NCBI GenBank assembly: GCA_023136205.1
Contig: JAGLRQ010000009.1
Span: forward strand, 1 to 26,326
Direction: 5' to 3'
Origin: Candidatus Auribacterota bacterium
Lineage (GTDB): Bacteria > Auribacterota > UBA6266
DNA length: 26,326 bases
Each line of letters starts with the position of its first letter. Positions within the stretch are counted from its first letter, which is position 1. Shown here in pieces: positions 1 to 8,345 of this stretch. The notes beneath the pieces were generated by a model that made no database searches, had not been told where the DNA came from, and saw only the letters and a list, made by a program, of their open reading frames with translations. A program made the position numbers and the translations under genes.

Positions 1-1208
1 TAACCGGTATTATCAAGCCTTTCTTTGCTCCTTTCAACTTTAACCCCATCAATCACCTCACCGGGATAAACATTAAGCTCTCTTCTGATGACCACATCCT
101 TTGTTTTCGTATTACCTTCAACCCTTATCTGCTCAATCCGAAAAAGCCTTCCTTCTTCAATTAAATATGTCACATCAATTTTATCAGTATCAACGTTATA
201 TCCCGTATCCTGCCTTACAACCGCATCAACATAACCCCGCGAACTGTAATAATTTTTAATCCTGTCCGAATCATCCCTGAGCTTTTCAGGAGTGAATAAA
301 GCCCCCGGCCTCATTGTGAGGAGATATTCTAAAGAGGATTTGGAGAATACCTTATTTCCCTTTACCACAACATCACCAACACTATATGTCCTGCCTTCTT
401 TTATCTCTATGTCAATTGTCATTCTTTTGCCGGTATCGTCTATAACTTTGCGGACATCAACTATTTTAATATCTACATAACCCAAAGAGTCGTAGTACAT
501 TATTATTTTATCAAGGTCATATTTAAAAATATCTTCCTGAAACATTCCCTGCCTCACAAAGAAAAAATAGGGTTTGGTCTTCATTCTTTTTAGAAGTTCT
601 TTTGATCTGACATGCTTATTACCAATAAAATTAATCCTCTTAATCCTAACCCTGTCACCCTCATCAATTTCAACGGTTGCAATTGCCTGGCCTGCCTGCT
701 GGTCGGCAAGCAATTCATAATCAACCCTGGCGTTCGGAAATGCCTTTTTCTCATAATATTTTTTTATAGCCTCAAGATCGTGTTTAAGCTTTCTATCGCT
801 TGCAATTTCTCCAACTGCGCTTTCCATCTGCCTGAGAAGAATGTTATCCTTTATCTTTTCATTACCTTTAAATTTTATTTCCTTAAGGACAGGTTTCTCC
901 TTAACAATAAAATAAACGTTTACTCCATCTTCGGTTTCATCCACGTCAACAGTAATATCGTTAAAATAACCGAGGGAATATAAACGTTCAATATCTTCAT
1001 TTATTGTTTTCTGTTCAAATTCAGCCCTCGAACGTGTCTTGATTTTATTGGTAATAACATTTTCACTTATAGCTTTGTTTCCCAGTATGCTCACTTTTTT
1101 TACAAGGGGAACATCCTCACCCGAAGTTTCCTGTGCGAAAACTAAAGATGGGACAAGCGAGAAAAATAAAATTAACAACACCAGCCATCCACCTATCTTA
1201 AAGTTCAT
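1..1208 (-). CDS. bamA: Outer membrane protein assembly factor BamA, N-terminal part (signal peptide plus POTRA repeats). The 3' end runs off the window.
   Basis: It is absent from the ORF track because there is no in-window stop. My reverse-complement reading from the ATG at 1208..1206 (GAGGAG 5 nt upstream) gives MNFKIGGWLVLLILFFSLVPSLVFAQE... This continues with repeated POTRA-like units (VKKVSILGNKAISENVI...ERLYSLGYFNDITVDVDETEDGVNVYFIVKEKPVLKEIKFKGN...) and stays open to position 1. Confidence 0.8.
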   Translation of the reverse strand, partial: MNFKIGGWLVLLILFFSLVPSLVFAQETSGEDVPLVKKVSILGNKAISENVITNKIKTRSRAEFEQKTINEDIERLYSLGYFNDITVDVDETEDGVNVYFIVKEKPVLKEIKFKGNEKIKDNILLRQMESAVGEIASDRKLKHDLEAIKKYYEKKAFPNARVDYELLADQQAGQAIATVEIDEGDRVRIKRINFIGNKHVRSKELLKRMKTKPYFFFVRQGMFQEDIFKYDLDKIIMYYDSLGYVDIKIVDVRKVIDDTGKRMTIDIEIKEGRTYSVGDVVVKGNKVFSKSSLEYLLTMRPGALFTPEKLRDDSDRIKNYYSSRGYVDAVVRQDTGYNVDTDKIDVTYLIEEGRLFRIEQIRVEGNTKTKDVVIRRELNVYPGEVIDGVKVERSKERLDNTG

Positions 1209-1310
1209 ATTATCTCCTCGTTCTTTAGTTATTAAGTTATTATGTTGCTGAGTTATTGCTTCCCGGTCCCGGCACTCCAACAGCTCAGGAACTTAACAAC
1301 TTAGTACCGA

Positions 1311-2702
1311 TTAAGAGTATTCAGACTCCGCAGGAGCTTCTTCCGCATAGATAGACTTTGGTACAAAATTCATGGAATCTTTATTAAACACCAGTTCTAT
1401 TGTCCCCTGAGGGCCATTTCTCTGCTTGGCTATAATAAGGTCAGCTTCTACCACAGGTTTGTCAACCTCTTCTTTGTCAAAAATACTAGGACGGTGAAGC
1501 ATCAACACTACATCAGCATCCTGTTCTATGGCACCAGACTCTCTTAAATCCGACAGTCTGGGCCTGTGACTTTCTCCCCCTTTGGATCTTGTTTCAGGGC
1601 CCCTGTTAAGCTGTGATAGTACTACAATTGGTATTCCAAGCTCTCCAGCAAGAGCTTTCAGCCCTCTCGAAATTTCAGTCACTTCCAGCTGGCGCGATTC
1701 AACTCTTGAACCCGATGTCATCAACTGTAAGTAATCTACAAAAAGTATCTTAACCCCATATTGCTTTTTCCATCTCCTCGCCCTCGCTCTTAATTCTAAA
1801 ACATTGAGATTTGTGCTGTCATCAATATACAACGGTGATTCAGAAACCTTACCCGCCGCCATAAGTAATTTCCTGCTGTCCTTTTTGTCTATATACCCTG
1901 TAGTTACATGATGATAATTTACACTGCTGTGAGCACAAATAAGCCTTTGAACAATTGATACTTTATTCATTTCAAGACTGAAAAACCCGGTTGGTATTTT
2001 TCCTTCAACAGCAATATTATCTATACAATTAATTGCTAAAGAAGTTTTCCCGATAGAAGGACGGGCAGCAAGAACAATAAAGTCACAATTATGAAAACCA
2101 GCTGTTTTCTTGTCCAGATCTGAAAACCCCGACGCGACACCTGTAACAGCACTTTTATTCTGTCTGGCTCTCTCAAGGTTTTCAAGGACATCATTAACCG
2201 TCTGGTGAATAGTTTCAGTTTTTGACACAAGACTGCTTTCAGCAATCTCAAAAATATTTCTTTCTGCTCTGTCAAGCACCTTGGATATTTCTTCAGGCTG
2301 GCTGTAGCAATCTTCAATGATCCCGCCCGAGGTTCTTATCAAATCTCTTAAGATTGCTTTCTCTTTCACTATCTGGATATAATGTTTTACATTCGCGGAA
2401 GTCGGCACATAATTTAAAAGTTTTGAAAGATAGGACGCTCCACCTGCGGTTTCAATTTTACCGTTGCTTCGAAGATAGTCTGAAAGGGTTATCAGATCTA
2501 CTACAACATTCTTATCGTATATTTTTACGATAGCATCAAAAATCTTAGCGTGGGCATCGGAATAGAAGCATTCTTTTCGTAAACTCTCCACTGCTACGCC
2601 GATTGTATCTTTATCAAGCAGCATAGAACCAAGAATTGCTGCTTCAGCATCATCGCTATAGGGCGGCACTCTTCCTTCAGGAAATTTTTTACTTTTAGCC
2701 AT
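1311..2702 (-). CDS. dnaB: Replicative DNA helicase DnaB
   Basis: The 463-aa ORF has a DnaB N-terminal domain (PPYSDDAEAAILGSMLLD), Walker A (ARPSIGKTS), and downstream FVDYLQLM and SQLNR motifs. It lies downstream of rplI, as in many bacteria. Confidence 0.95.
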   Translation of the reverse strand: MAKSKKFPEGRVPPYSDDAEAAILGSMLLDKDTIGVAVESLRKECFYSDAHAKIFDAIVKIYDKNVVVDLITLSDYLRSNGKIETAGGASYLSKLLNYVPTSANVKHYIQIVKEKAILRDLIRTSGGIIEDCYSQPEEISKVLDRAERNIFEIAESSLVSKTETIHQTVNDVLENLERARQNKSAVTGVASGFSDLDKKTAGFHNCDFIVLAARPSIGKTSLAINCIDNIAVEGKIPTGFFSLEMNKVSIVQRLICAHSSVNYHHVTTGYIDKKDSRKLLMAAGKVSESPLYIDDSTNLNVLELRARARRWKKQYGVKILFVDYLQLMTSGSRVESRQLEVTEISRGLKALAGELGIPIVVLSQLNRGPETRSKGGESHRPRLSDLRESGAIEQDADVVLMLHRPSIFDKEEVDKPVVEADLIIAKQRNGPQGTIELVFNKDSMNFVPKSIYAEEAPAESEYS

Positions 2703-2721
2703 CTATATCAAACCAGGGGTT

Positions 2722-3165
2722 CTATTTCTTAACTATCCACAACTTAAAGGCAGCCTTTACATCCTTATAAACCGATACATCAATATTATAGACGCCAAGC
2801 TTCTTAATAGGGGACTCAATTTCAACCCACTTCTTATCAATTTCTAATCCTTCTTCTTTAAGAGCCTGTGCTATGTCGGAAGAAGTTACAGCACCAAAAA
2901 GTTTGTCTTCTTCCCCGGCTTCAACAGAAATCGTACAGGAACATTCTGAAATCCTTTGGGCCAGTTCCTTGGCATCTTCAATTATAAGCTCTTCATGTTT
3001 TTTCCCCTTTTCAGCTTTTCTCTTCAAAAGAGCCGTGTTAGAATCGGTAGATTCCATAGCCAGTTTCTTTATAAAAAGATAATTTCTTGCATAGCCCGGA
3101 GAAACATTTACTATGTCTCCAATTTCACCAAGTTTATCAATTTTTTCGCAAAGGACAACTTTCAT
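2722..3165 (-). CDS. rplI: 50S ribosomal protein L9
   Basis: The 147-aa ORF starts MKVVL..KLGEIGDIVNVSPGYARNYL, typical of L9, and sits in the rpsF-ssb-rpsR-rplI cluster. Confidence 0.95.
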   Translation of the reverse strand: MKVVLCEKIDKLGEIGDIVNVSPGYARNYLFIKKLAMESTDSNTALLKRKAEKGKKHEELIIEDAKELAQRISECSCTISVEAGEEDKLFGAVTSSDIAQALKEEGLEIDKKWVEIESPIKKLGVYNIDVSVYKDVKAAFKLWIVKK

Positions 3166-3222
3166 AATTCATATGCCTCCAAACAGTTTATAATGATACA
3201 CTTTTTTTACCAGCTAATCTAC

Positions 3223-3480
3223 CTAATCTACAATATAAGCCACAAACGCCATATATCGGGCTCTCTTTATCGCAGTAGATAACTGCCTTTGATGTTTAGC
3301 ACATGTTCCGGTTATTCGCCGCGGCAAAATCTTTCCCTTCTCCGTAAGAGATTTTCTAAGAGATGTAACATCTTTATAATCTATAGAATGAATCTTGTCC
3401 ACGCAAAATCTACATTTTTTCTGTCTAAATATTCTCTTCGGCCTTTTTTGTTTCGAATCTCTTTGCTTTTGATTTCTCAT
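3223..3480 (-). CDS. rpsR: 30S ribosomal protein S18
   Basis: The 85-aa ORF has a CRFC motif, [14 protein letters not shown] and [14 protein letters not shown], matching the S18 signature. Confidence 0.95.
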   Translation of the reverse strand: MRNQKQRDSKQKRPKRIFRQKKCRFCVDKIHSIDYKDVTSLRKSLTEKGKILPRRITGTCAKHQRQLSTAIKRARYMAFVAYIVD

Positions 3481-3507
3481 ACTGCACTATATCTCCTCTA
3501 CTCAGCG

Positions 3508-3918
3508 TTAAAATGGAATATCATCTTCACTTGGCTCCGCATTTTCTGCCGGTGCTTCCCGAGAAGATTGGGCAGGTTCAGTCCTGTTTGCCCTGGATAA
3601 GAATTGAACTCTTTGAGCTCTTATCCTTATCTTGCTTCTTTTCTCTCCGGCACTTGTTTCCCATGTATCCTGCTGGAGGCTTCCCTCCACAAGTACAGCC
3701 GACCCCTTATCCAGATACTCGGCACAAGTCTCAGCCTGACGCGCCCACACAACAACATCCACATAACAGACTTCTTCCTGCTTTTCCTTTTCTCTTGTCA
3801 AATACGTCCTTGAAACAGCTACCCTGAGATCCGAAACAGATGAACCTTCCTTTGTAGAACGCAATTCCGGTTTCTTAGTTAAATTACCAACTATAAGTAC
3901 CTTATTCAAACTTGCCAT
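3508..3918 (-). CDS. ssb: Single-stranded DNA-binding protein
   Basis: It has an OB-fold N-terminus (LNKVLIVGNLTKKPELR) and an acidic C-terminal tip ending DDIPF. I start it at the internal ATG (MASLNK) because GGGGAGGAAC sits just upstream. The ORF-track start at 3939 lacks an RBS. Confidence 0.92.
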   Translation of the reverse strand: MASLNKVLIVGNLTKKPELRSTKEGSSVSDLRVAVSRTYLTREKEKQEEVCYVDVVVWARQAETCAEYLDKGSAVLVEGSLQQDTWETSAGEKRSKIRIRAQRVQFLSRANRTEPAQSSREAPAENAEPSEDDIPF

Positions 3919-3939
3919 AAGTTCCTCCCCTTGCCGCAA

Positions 3940-4224
3940 TTAATTTTTTTTGAGAATTAGGCTCCTCAAAATTTCCTGGTCCAATTTCAATTTTTCCTGT
4001 ATGGGTTTGAGAGCAACACCATTAAGTTCAAAGTCAATAAGCACATATGTTCCCTCGGTACATCCTTTTATCTCGTAAGCAAGCTGTCTCCGCCCAATGC
4101 TCTTATTCTCAATAACCTTGCCATTATTACTGCTAATTTGCTCCTCGATCTGAGATGTCGCTTTCTGGACATCATCATCCGCAATTTTACCATCGATTAT
4201 AAACATTCCTTCGTAAAGACTCAA
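3940..4224 (-). CDS. rpsF: 30S ribosomal protein S6
   Basis: The 94-aa ORF begins (M)SLYEGMFIIDG, which is S6-like. It uses a TTG start preceded by AAGGAGG at a 6-nt spacing, and the start overlaps the pth stop by 4 nt. Confidence 0.9.
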   Translation of the reverse strand: MSLYEGMFIIDGKIADDDVQKATSQIEEQISSNNGKVIENKSIGRRQLAYEIKGCTEGTYVLIDFELNGVALKPIQEKLKLDQEILRSLILKKN

Positions 4225-4805
4225 CTTGCACCTCCTTGAATATTGTCTTCCTTCGTATTAAATTCATTCATTGCAGTCTCAACAGACTTTTTAATAATAA
4301 TTTCAACAGCATCAGCCGCCGCTATCATAGCTTCATGCATCGCAGCTTTAGTCTTCCTGGAAAACCGGTTCAATACATGGTTGACCATATCAGAAGAACT
4401 TCCTATACCAACCCTTACTCTTGGAAAATCCTGGGTTCCCAGACAATCTATAATTGACTTGAGCCCTTTATGCCCGGCTGAACTCCCGTTTTGTCTAACC
4501 CTGATGTTGCCCACAGAAATACTGGAATCATCAAGAACAACCACAAGATCCGAAGCCTCACAGCCATACCAGCTGAGAACCGCGTAAATTGCCCTCCCGC
4601 TGTTATTCATAAACGTATGCGGTTTTAAAAGAACAACTTTTTCTTCGCCAACCCTTGCTTCAGCTGCCTCTCCATAAAACTTGCTTTTCTTTGAAAATTG
4701 AGCGTTAAAACGATCCAAGAGAATATCGAGGACTTCAAATCCTATATTATGCCGAGTTTCTTCATACTCTTTCCCTGGATTACCAAGCCCTGCTACAATT
4801 TTCAT
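4221..4805 (-). CDS. pth: Peptidyl-tRNA hydrolase
   Basis: The 194-aa ORF starts MKIVAGLGNPGKEYEETRHNIGF, the canonical Pth N-terminus. Its start overlaps the L25 stop by 4 nt. Confidence 0.95.
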   Translation of the reverse strand: MKIVAGLGNPGKEYEETRHNIGFEVLDILLDRFNAQFSKKSKFYGEAAEARVGEEKVVLLKPHTFMNNSGRAIYAVLSWYGCEASDLVVVLDDSSISVGNIRVRQNGSSAGHKGLKSIIDCLGTQDFPRVRVGIGSSSDMVNHVLNRFSRKTKAAMHEAMIAAADAVEIIIKKSVETAMNEFNTKEDNIQGGAS

Positions 4806-5503
4806 TTTTTCTTTTCTGTTCCCTCTTTTCTTCCCTTTTCTTCTGTTTGTTCCTCTTCGGCTTCCTCCTTGGCTTTCTTCCCAATAACTTCAGGTTCAGC
4901 AGCAGCTTCTTCGCCTTCAGCAGGAACCGCTTCTTCAGCTCCCTTAGGTATAGCAACTGAAAAAACCACAAGTGCAAGATCTGTAAGCACTTTTATCCCC
5001 TCAGAAAAAACAACATCGGAAACATGTATAGACTTACCTACTTCGAGATCGCTTATATCAACCTCTATTTTTTCGGGAATTCCAGCAGGAAGACATTCTA
5101 TCTCAATATCTCTTACGATATGTTCGAGAACACCGCCCTGTTCTTTAACACCTTTTGCTTCCCCTCTCTCAACAACAGGAACCCGGGTATGTATTTTTTC
5201 ATCCATAAACACCTCACTGAAGTCTATATGAATAATTTCATCTGAAACAGGATGCACCTGTATTTCCTTAATTATCGCTTTTTTTGGTTTTTTCTGCTTC
5301 TCAATTTTCATATCAATAAGAACATTTTCACTGGTATACCCGCGAACAGCCCTACTAAACTGCTTCTTATCAATCATAATTAAAAGCGCTTCTTCACCAT
5401 GGGCATAGATTACAGCCGGTATATATCCATCTCTTCTTACGCTCCTTGCTCCACCGGTACCTTTTTTTTCTCTAACTTGTACATCCAAATGCACCTCAGC
5501 CAT
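4802..5503 (-). CDS. rplY: 50S ribosomal protein L25 / general stress protein Ctc (long form with an acidic and lysine-rich C-terminal tail)
   Basis: It has the L25/Ctc N-terminal domain (GTGGARSVRRDGYIPAVIYAHGEE). I start it at MAEVHL, which follows GGAGGAAAT. The tail is low-complexity (EEAAAEPE...EEEQTEEKGRKEGTEKKK). Confidence 0.9.
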   Translation of the reverse strand: MAEVHLDVQVREKKGTGGARSVRRDGYIPAVIYAHGEEALLIMIDKKQFSRAVRGYTSENVLIDMKIEKQKKPKKAIIKEIQVHPVSDEIIHIDFSEVFMDEKIHTRVPVVERGEAKGVKEQGGVLEHIVRDIEIECLPAGIPEKIEVDISDLEVGKSIHVSDVVFSEGIKVLTDLALVVFSVAIPKGAEEAVPAEGEEAAAEPEVIGKKAKEEAEEEQTEEKGRKEGTEKKK

Positions 5504-5556
5504 ATTTCCTCCATCCTGCAATAATAATTTACTGCGTTATCAGCAATCAGTTTTTG

Positions 5557-6495
5557 TTAAATAAACAACGAACTTACGGATTCACCGTTATGAATCCTTT
5601 TAATAGCTTCAGCCAACAAACCTGAAACACTTAAAATCTCTATTTTCGAGCACCGTTTTAGTTTATCTCCGAGAGGTATAGTGTCTGTTACTAAAAGCTT
5701 CTTAATCTCTGAATTTTCGATTCTTTCAACAGCCGGCTCTACCAAAACAGGATGTGAAATAGCCGCGTAAACCTCCTGCACTCCCCGCTCTTTTATAAGT
5801 TTTGCCGCGTCGCAGAGCGAACCCGCTGTACTCACGATATCATCAACAATAATTGCAGCTCTTTTCTTTACATCTCCCATAATATTAAAGACCTGGGTTT
5901 CTGTTCCGGTAATTCTTCTTTTGTCTATGGCCGCAAGATTCGCATTAAGTCTTTTAGCCCATGCATGCGCGGTTTTTATCCCTCCTTCGTCAGGTGAAAT
6001 AATAACAACATCTCCATCCGTCATTTTTTTCTTTTTAAAATAATCTATAAAAACAGGCGCGGCATAAAGATGGTCAACAGGGATATCAAAAAAGCCTTGA
6101 ATCTGATCGGCATGAAGATCCATTGTGAGAACCCTGTCCGCACCCGCCGCTGTTACAAGATTTGCCACAAGCTTTGCGGTAATCGGAACGCGGGGCTGAT
6201 CTTTTCTATCTTGCCGAGCATAACCATAATACGGAATCACAGCTGTTATTCTATCCGCTGAAGATCTTCTCATAGCATCAATCATAATAAGAAGCTCCAT
6301 CAGATAGTCGTTTACTTCCGGAGGACAAATAGGCTGAACTACAAAAACATCAAGTCCTCTGACATTCTCCAGGATCTTAACCATTACCTCACCATCCGGA
6401 AAGGATAAAACCTCACAACCGCCTAACCTGGTGCTTAAATTTTTGGCAATTTTTTCAGCCAGATCAGGATTTGCATTACCCGCGAAAATTTTCAT
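5557..6495 (-). CDS. prs: Ribose-phosphate pyrophosphokinase (PRPP synthetase)
   Basis: The 312-aa ORF starts MKIFAGNANPDLAEKIA, carries YYGYARQDRK, and has the PRPP-binding loop IVDDIVSTAGS. Confidence 0.95.
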   Translation of the reverse strand: MKIFAGNANPDLAEKIAKNLSTRLGGCEVLSFPDGEVMVKILENVRGLDVFVVQPICPPEVNDYLMELLIMIDAMRRSSADRITAVIPYYGYARQDRKDQPRVPITAKLVANLVTAAGADRVLTMDLHADQIQGFFDIPVDHLYAAPVFIDYFKKKKMTDGDVVIISPDEGGIKTAHAWAKRLNANLAAIDKRRITGTETQVFNIMGDVKKRAAIIVDDIVSTAGSLCDAAKLIKERGVQEVYAAISHPVLVEPAVERIENSEIKKLLVTDTIPLGDKLKRCSKIEILSVSGLLAEAIKRIHNGESVSSLFI

Positions 6496-6670
6496 AGAAT
6501 TTTCTCCTAAAAGCCGTATCTCGTTAAAAATTATTTCTTTTTAACTCCGCGTCTAATTTCCCTTTTTCCTTCTTCCTTTATCCGCTTTACCCTGGAGCGT
6601 CAAGGTTGTCCCTTGCGTAAACGCTGGTAAATTTCTTCGAAATTTACTGTGTACGCTTCGGGACAAAATC

Positions 6671-6744
6671 TGGCTGCCCGGCCAGGACTCGAACCTAGAC
6701 AGAGGGCTCCAAAAACCCTTGTGCTACCATTACACTACCGGGCA
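6671..6744 (-). tRNA. tRNA-Gln (anticodon UUG), CCA encoded
   Basis: The hand-folded minus-strand sequence is TGCCCGG-TA-GTGT-AATGGTA-GCAC-A-AGGGT-TTTTGGA-GCCCT-CTGT-CTAGG-TTCGAGT-CCTGG-CCGGGCA-G-CCA. It has a 7-bp acceptor stem and a T-loop TTCGAGT. The anticodon TTG is centred in the 7-nt loop. The U1-A72 pair and G73 fit Gln identity. Confidence 0.9.
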
Positions 6745-6840
6745 ATTCAAAAAAGAGCCGCGAAAATCCCAAAACAACAAAAAAGGCCAAAGGTAGATAC
6801 CCACGGCCTTAAACTTTTCCAATCACATTTTGAGCGTGGG

Positions 6841-6867
6841 TAAAATCCTCCACATTTCATGGAGGAT
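6841..6867 (-). terminator. Putative intrinsic terminator downstream of spoVG
   Basis: On the minus strand, ATCCTCCA-TGAAATG-TGGAGGAT forms an 8-bp stem with a 7-nt loop, followed by TTTA. A second, weaker hairpin lies further downstream at 6783-6810 (AAGGCC, 16-nt loop, GGCCTT) and is followed by TTTTGTTGTTTT. Confidence 0.45.
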
Positions 6868-6985
6868 ACTCAAAAAATCAGTGCATCATATACTACTGCG
6901 GTTATGAATGTCAACCAGAATTAACACTTAGTTATCTTAGTTATCTTATCCTGCTTTATTTTTTTTTAAGGAACTTTTAAATAAG

Positions 6986-7414
6986 CTATGAATCAGGCCC
7001 TTCCTCTTTTTTCCCAATAGCTAACTCTATAGTCTTGCCCCGTTTTTCACACTCAATCTGATAAGCGGCGATAACTTTTTTTTGGATGTACTCTCTTGTT
7101 TCCGAAGTTATGGGATGAGCTATATCTCTGTGTTCACTCTGACGGCCTTCCTCACTTATTGTATCCTCTTTTCTTAGAATTAGTTTTCCCCCGCAGTTCG
7201 CGCAAAACCTATCCCTTGAAGCATTTCTATGGCCACATTTAGAACACGGGTAAGTAACTTTTCTACTAGGCATAGCCACAAAAAGCCCTTTCTTGCCTTC
7301 GATTACTTTAAGATCTCTTACAACAAACACACCGTCAAATGTTATTGTCGCAAATGCCTTAAGTTTCCGGTCTTCAGATTCTTTTAAAGTCAGTCTTACT
7401 TCCGTGATTTCCAT
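6986..7414 (-). CDS. spoVG: SpoVG-family protein carrying an internal CxxC...CxxC zinc-ribbon insertion
   Basis: The sequence [12 protein letters not shown]...[34 protein letters not shown] together with [19 protein letters not shown] matches the two conserved SpoVG segments. [22 protein letters not shown] lies between them. I start it at the ATG preceded by GGGGAGGAAG. Confidence 0.85.
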   Translation of the reverse strand: [142 protein letters not shown]

Positions 7415-7496
7415 AACACTTCCTCCCCGTATCACCTCGTACCACCTGTAATCGTAGTGTTAAACTATATCACTGTGCTTCCCGGCGTATACGCTA

Positions 7497-8345
7497 TTAT
7501 ATAGACTCCACATTAAAAACGGAACATTCGAAATTTAAATTTCCACATATTTCCTTTTTTATTCGTTCCGCATCATCCGGTGTTCCGCAAACGCCGAAAA
7601 CTGTAGGGCCGCTTCCCGAAACCATTGCTTTGAGAGCACCCTTTTCACAAAGAACAGCCATCAATTCCCGAACAATCGGCACTTTCTTTTCACAGACATC
7701 TTGAAGTCTATTAAACATTCCATTTACTATATCTGCCATATCACCTTTGTACAAACCATGCAGCAACATGTTAATACTTTTAGGTTTTTGTGTCAAGTTT
7801 GTTTTTAAGGAAGAATAGACACTGTGTGTAGGTAATTCCACCTGCGGGTTTATAAGGACAAAACTCAATTTAGAAGCTATTTTTAAAGGTTTAATTTCAT
7901 CTCCTATCCCATGACAAAGAGACGCCTGAGTGTCAATAAAATAGGGCACATCCGCACCAAGTTTCACCCCTATCTCCTTTAGTTCCAGGGAAGAAAGAGC
8001 AAGGTTATAAATATTATTAACCGCTTTTAAAACGGCAGCACAATCGCTGGAACCTCCGCCAAGGCCCGCCGCGACAGGTATCTTTTTTTTAATATAAACA
8101 GAAGCTCCTTTAATTTTTCCGGGGAAAATGCTTTTGAGTTGTAAAACAGCTTTGAATGCCAGGTTGTTTTTCCCGGACAGGAGTTTATTGTCACATTCGA
8201 CACTAACTTTATCCGACTCATCTACAGTTATTTCATCAAAAAGAGAAACAGGAACCATTACGGTTTCAATGTTGTGATAACCATCCTTACGTTTTGACAG
8301 GACTTCAAGGAATAGATTTAGTTTTGCGGGAGCATTAATCTTCAA
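7497..8345 (-). CDS. ispE: 4-diphosphocytidyl-2-C-methyl-D-erythritol kinase
   Basis: The N-terminus is (M)KINAPAKLNLFLEV..KRKDGYH, and the GHMP kinase motif PVAAGLGGGSSD is present. The TTG start overlaps the TGA stop of the upstream TPR gene. Confidence 0.9.
   Translation of the reverse strand: MKINAPAKLNLFLEVLSKRKDGYHNIETVMVPVSLFDEITVDESDKVSVECDNKLLSGKNNLAFKAVLQLKSIFPGKIKGASVYIKKKIPVAAGLGGGSSDCAAVLKAVNNIYNLALSSLELKEIGVKLGADVPYFIDTQASLCHGIGDEIKPLKIASKLSFVLINPQVELPTHSVYSSLKTNLTQKPKSINMLLHGLYKGDMADIVNGMFNRLQDVCEKKVPIVRELMAVLCEKGALKAMVSGSGPTVFGVCGTPDDAERIKKEICGNLNFECSVFNVESI

Noticed and set aside
4698-5231. 177-aa plus-strand ORF, together with 4243..4587, 3513..3827 and similar ORFs, lying antisense to pth, L25 and ssb
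   Set aside because: The products are low-complexity and Ser/Pro/Phe-rich. They are fully overlapped by strongly recognisable minus-strand genes and have no RBS. These are typical shadow ORFs.
6496-6670. 175-nt leader between tRNA-Gln and prs, containing a perfect 9-bp palindromic hairpin (GTAAATTTC-TTC-GAAATTTAC, 6627-6647). I considered it as a riboswitch or terminator.
   Set aside because: No U-tract follows the hairpin on the minus strand, and I recognise no riboswitch consensus (PRPP/ykkC-type, T-box). It may be a tRNA 3'-processing or attenuating hairpin, but the sequence alone does not support a call.
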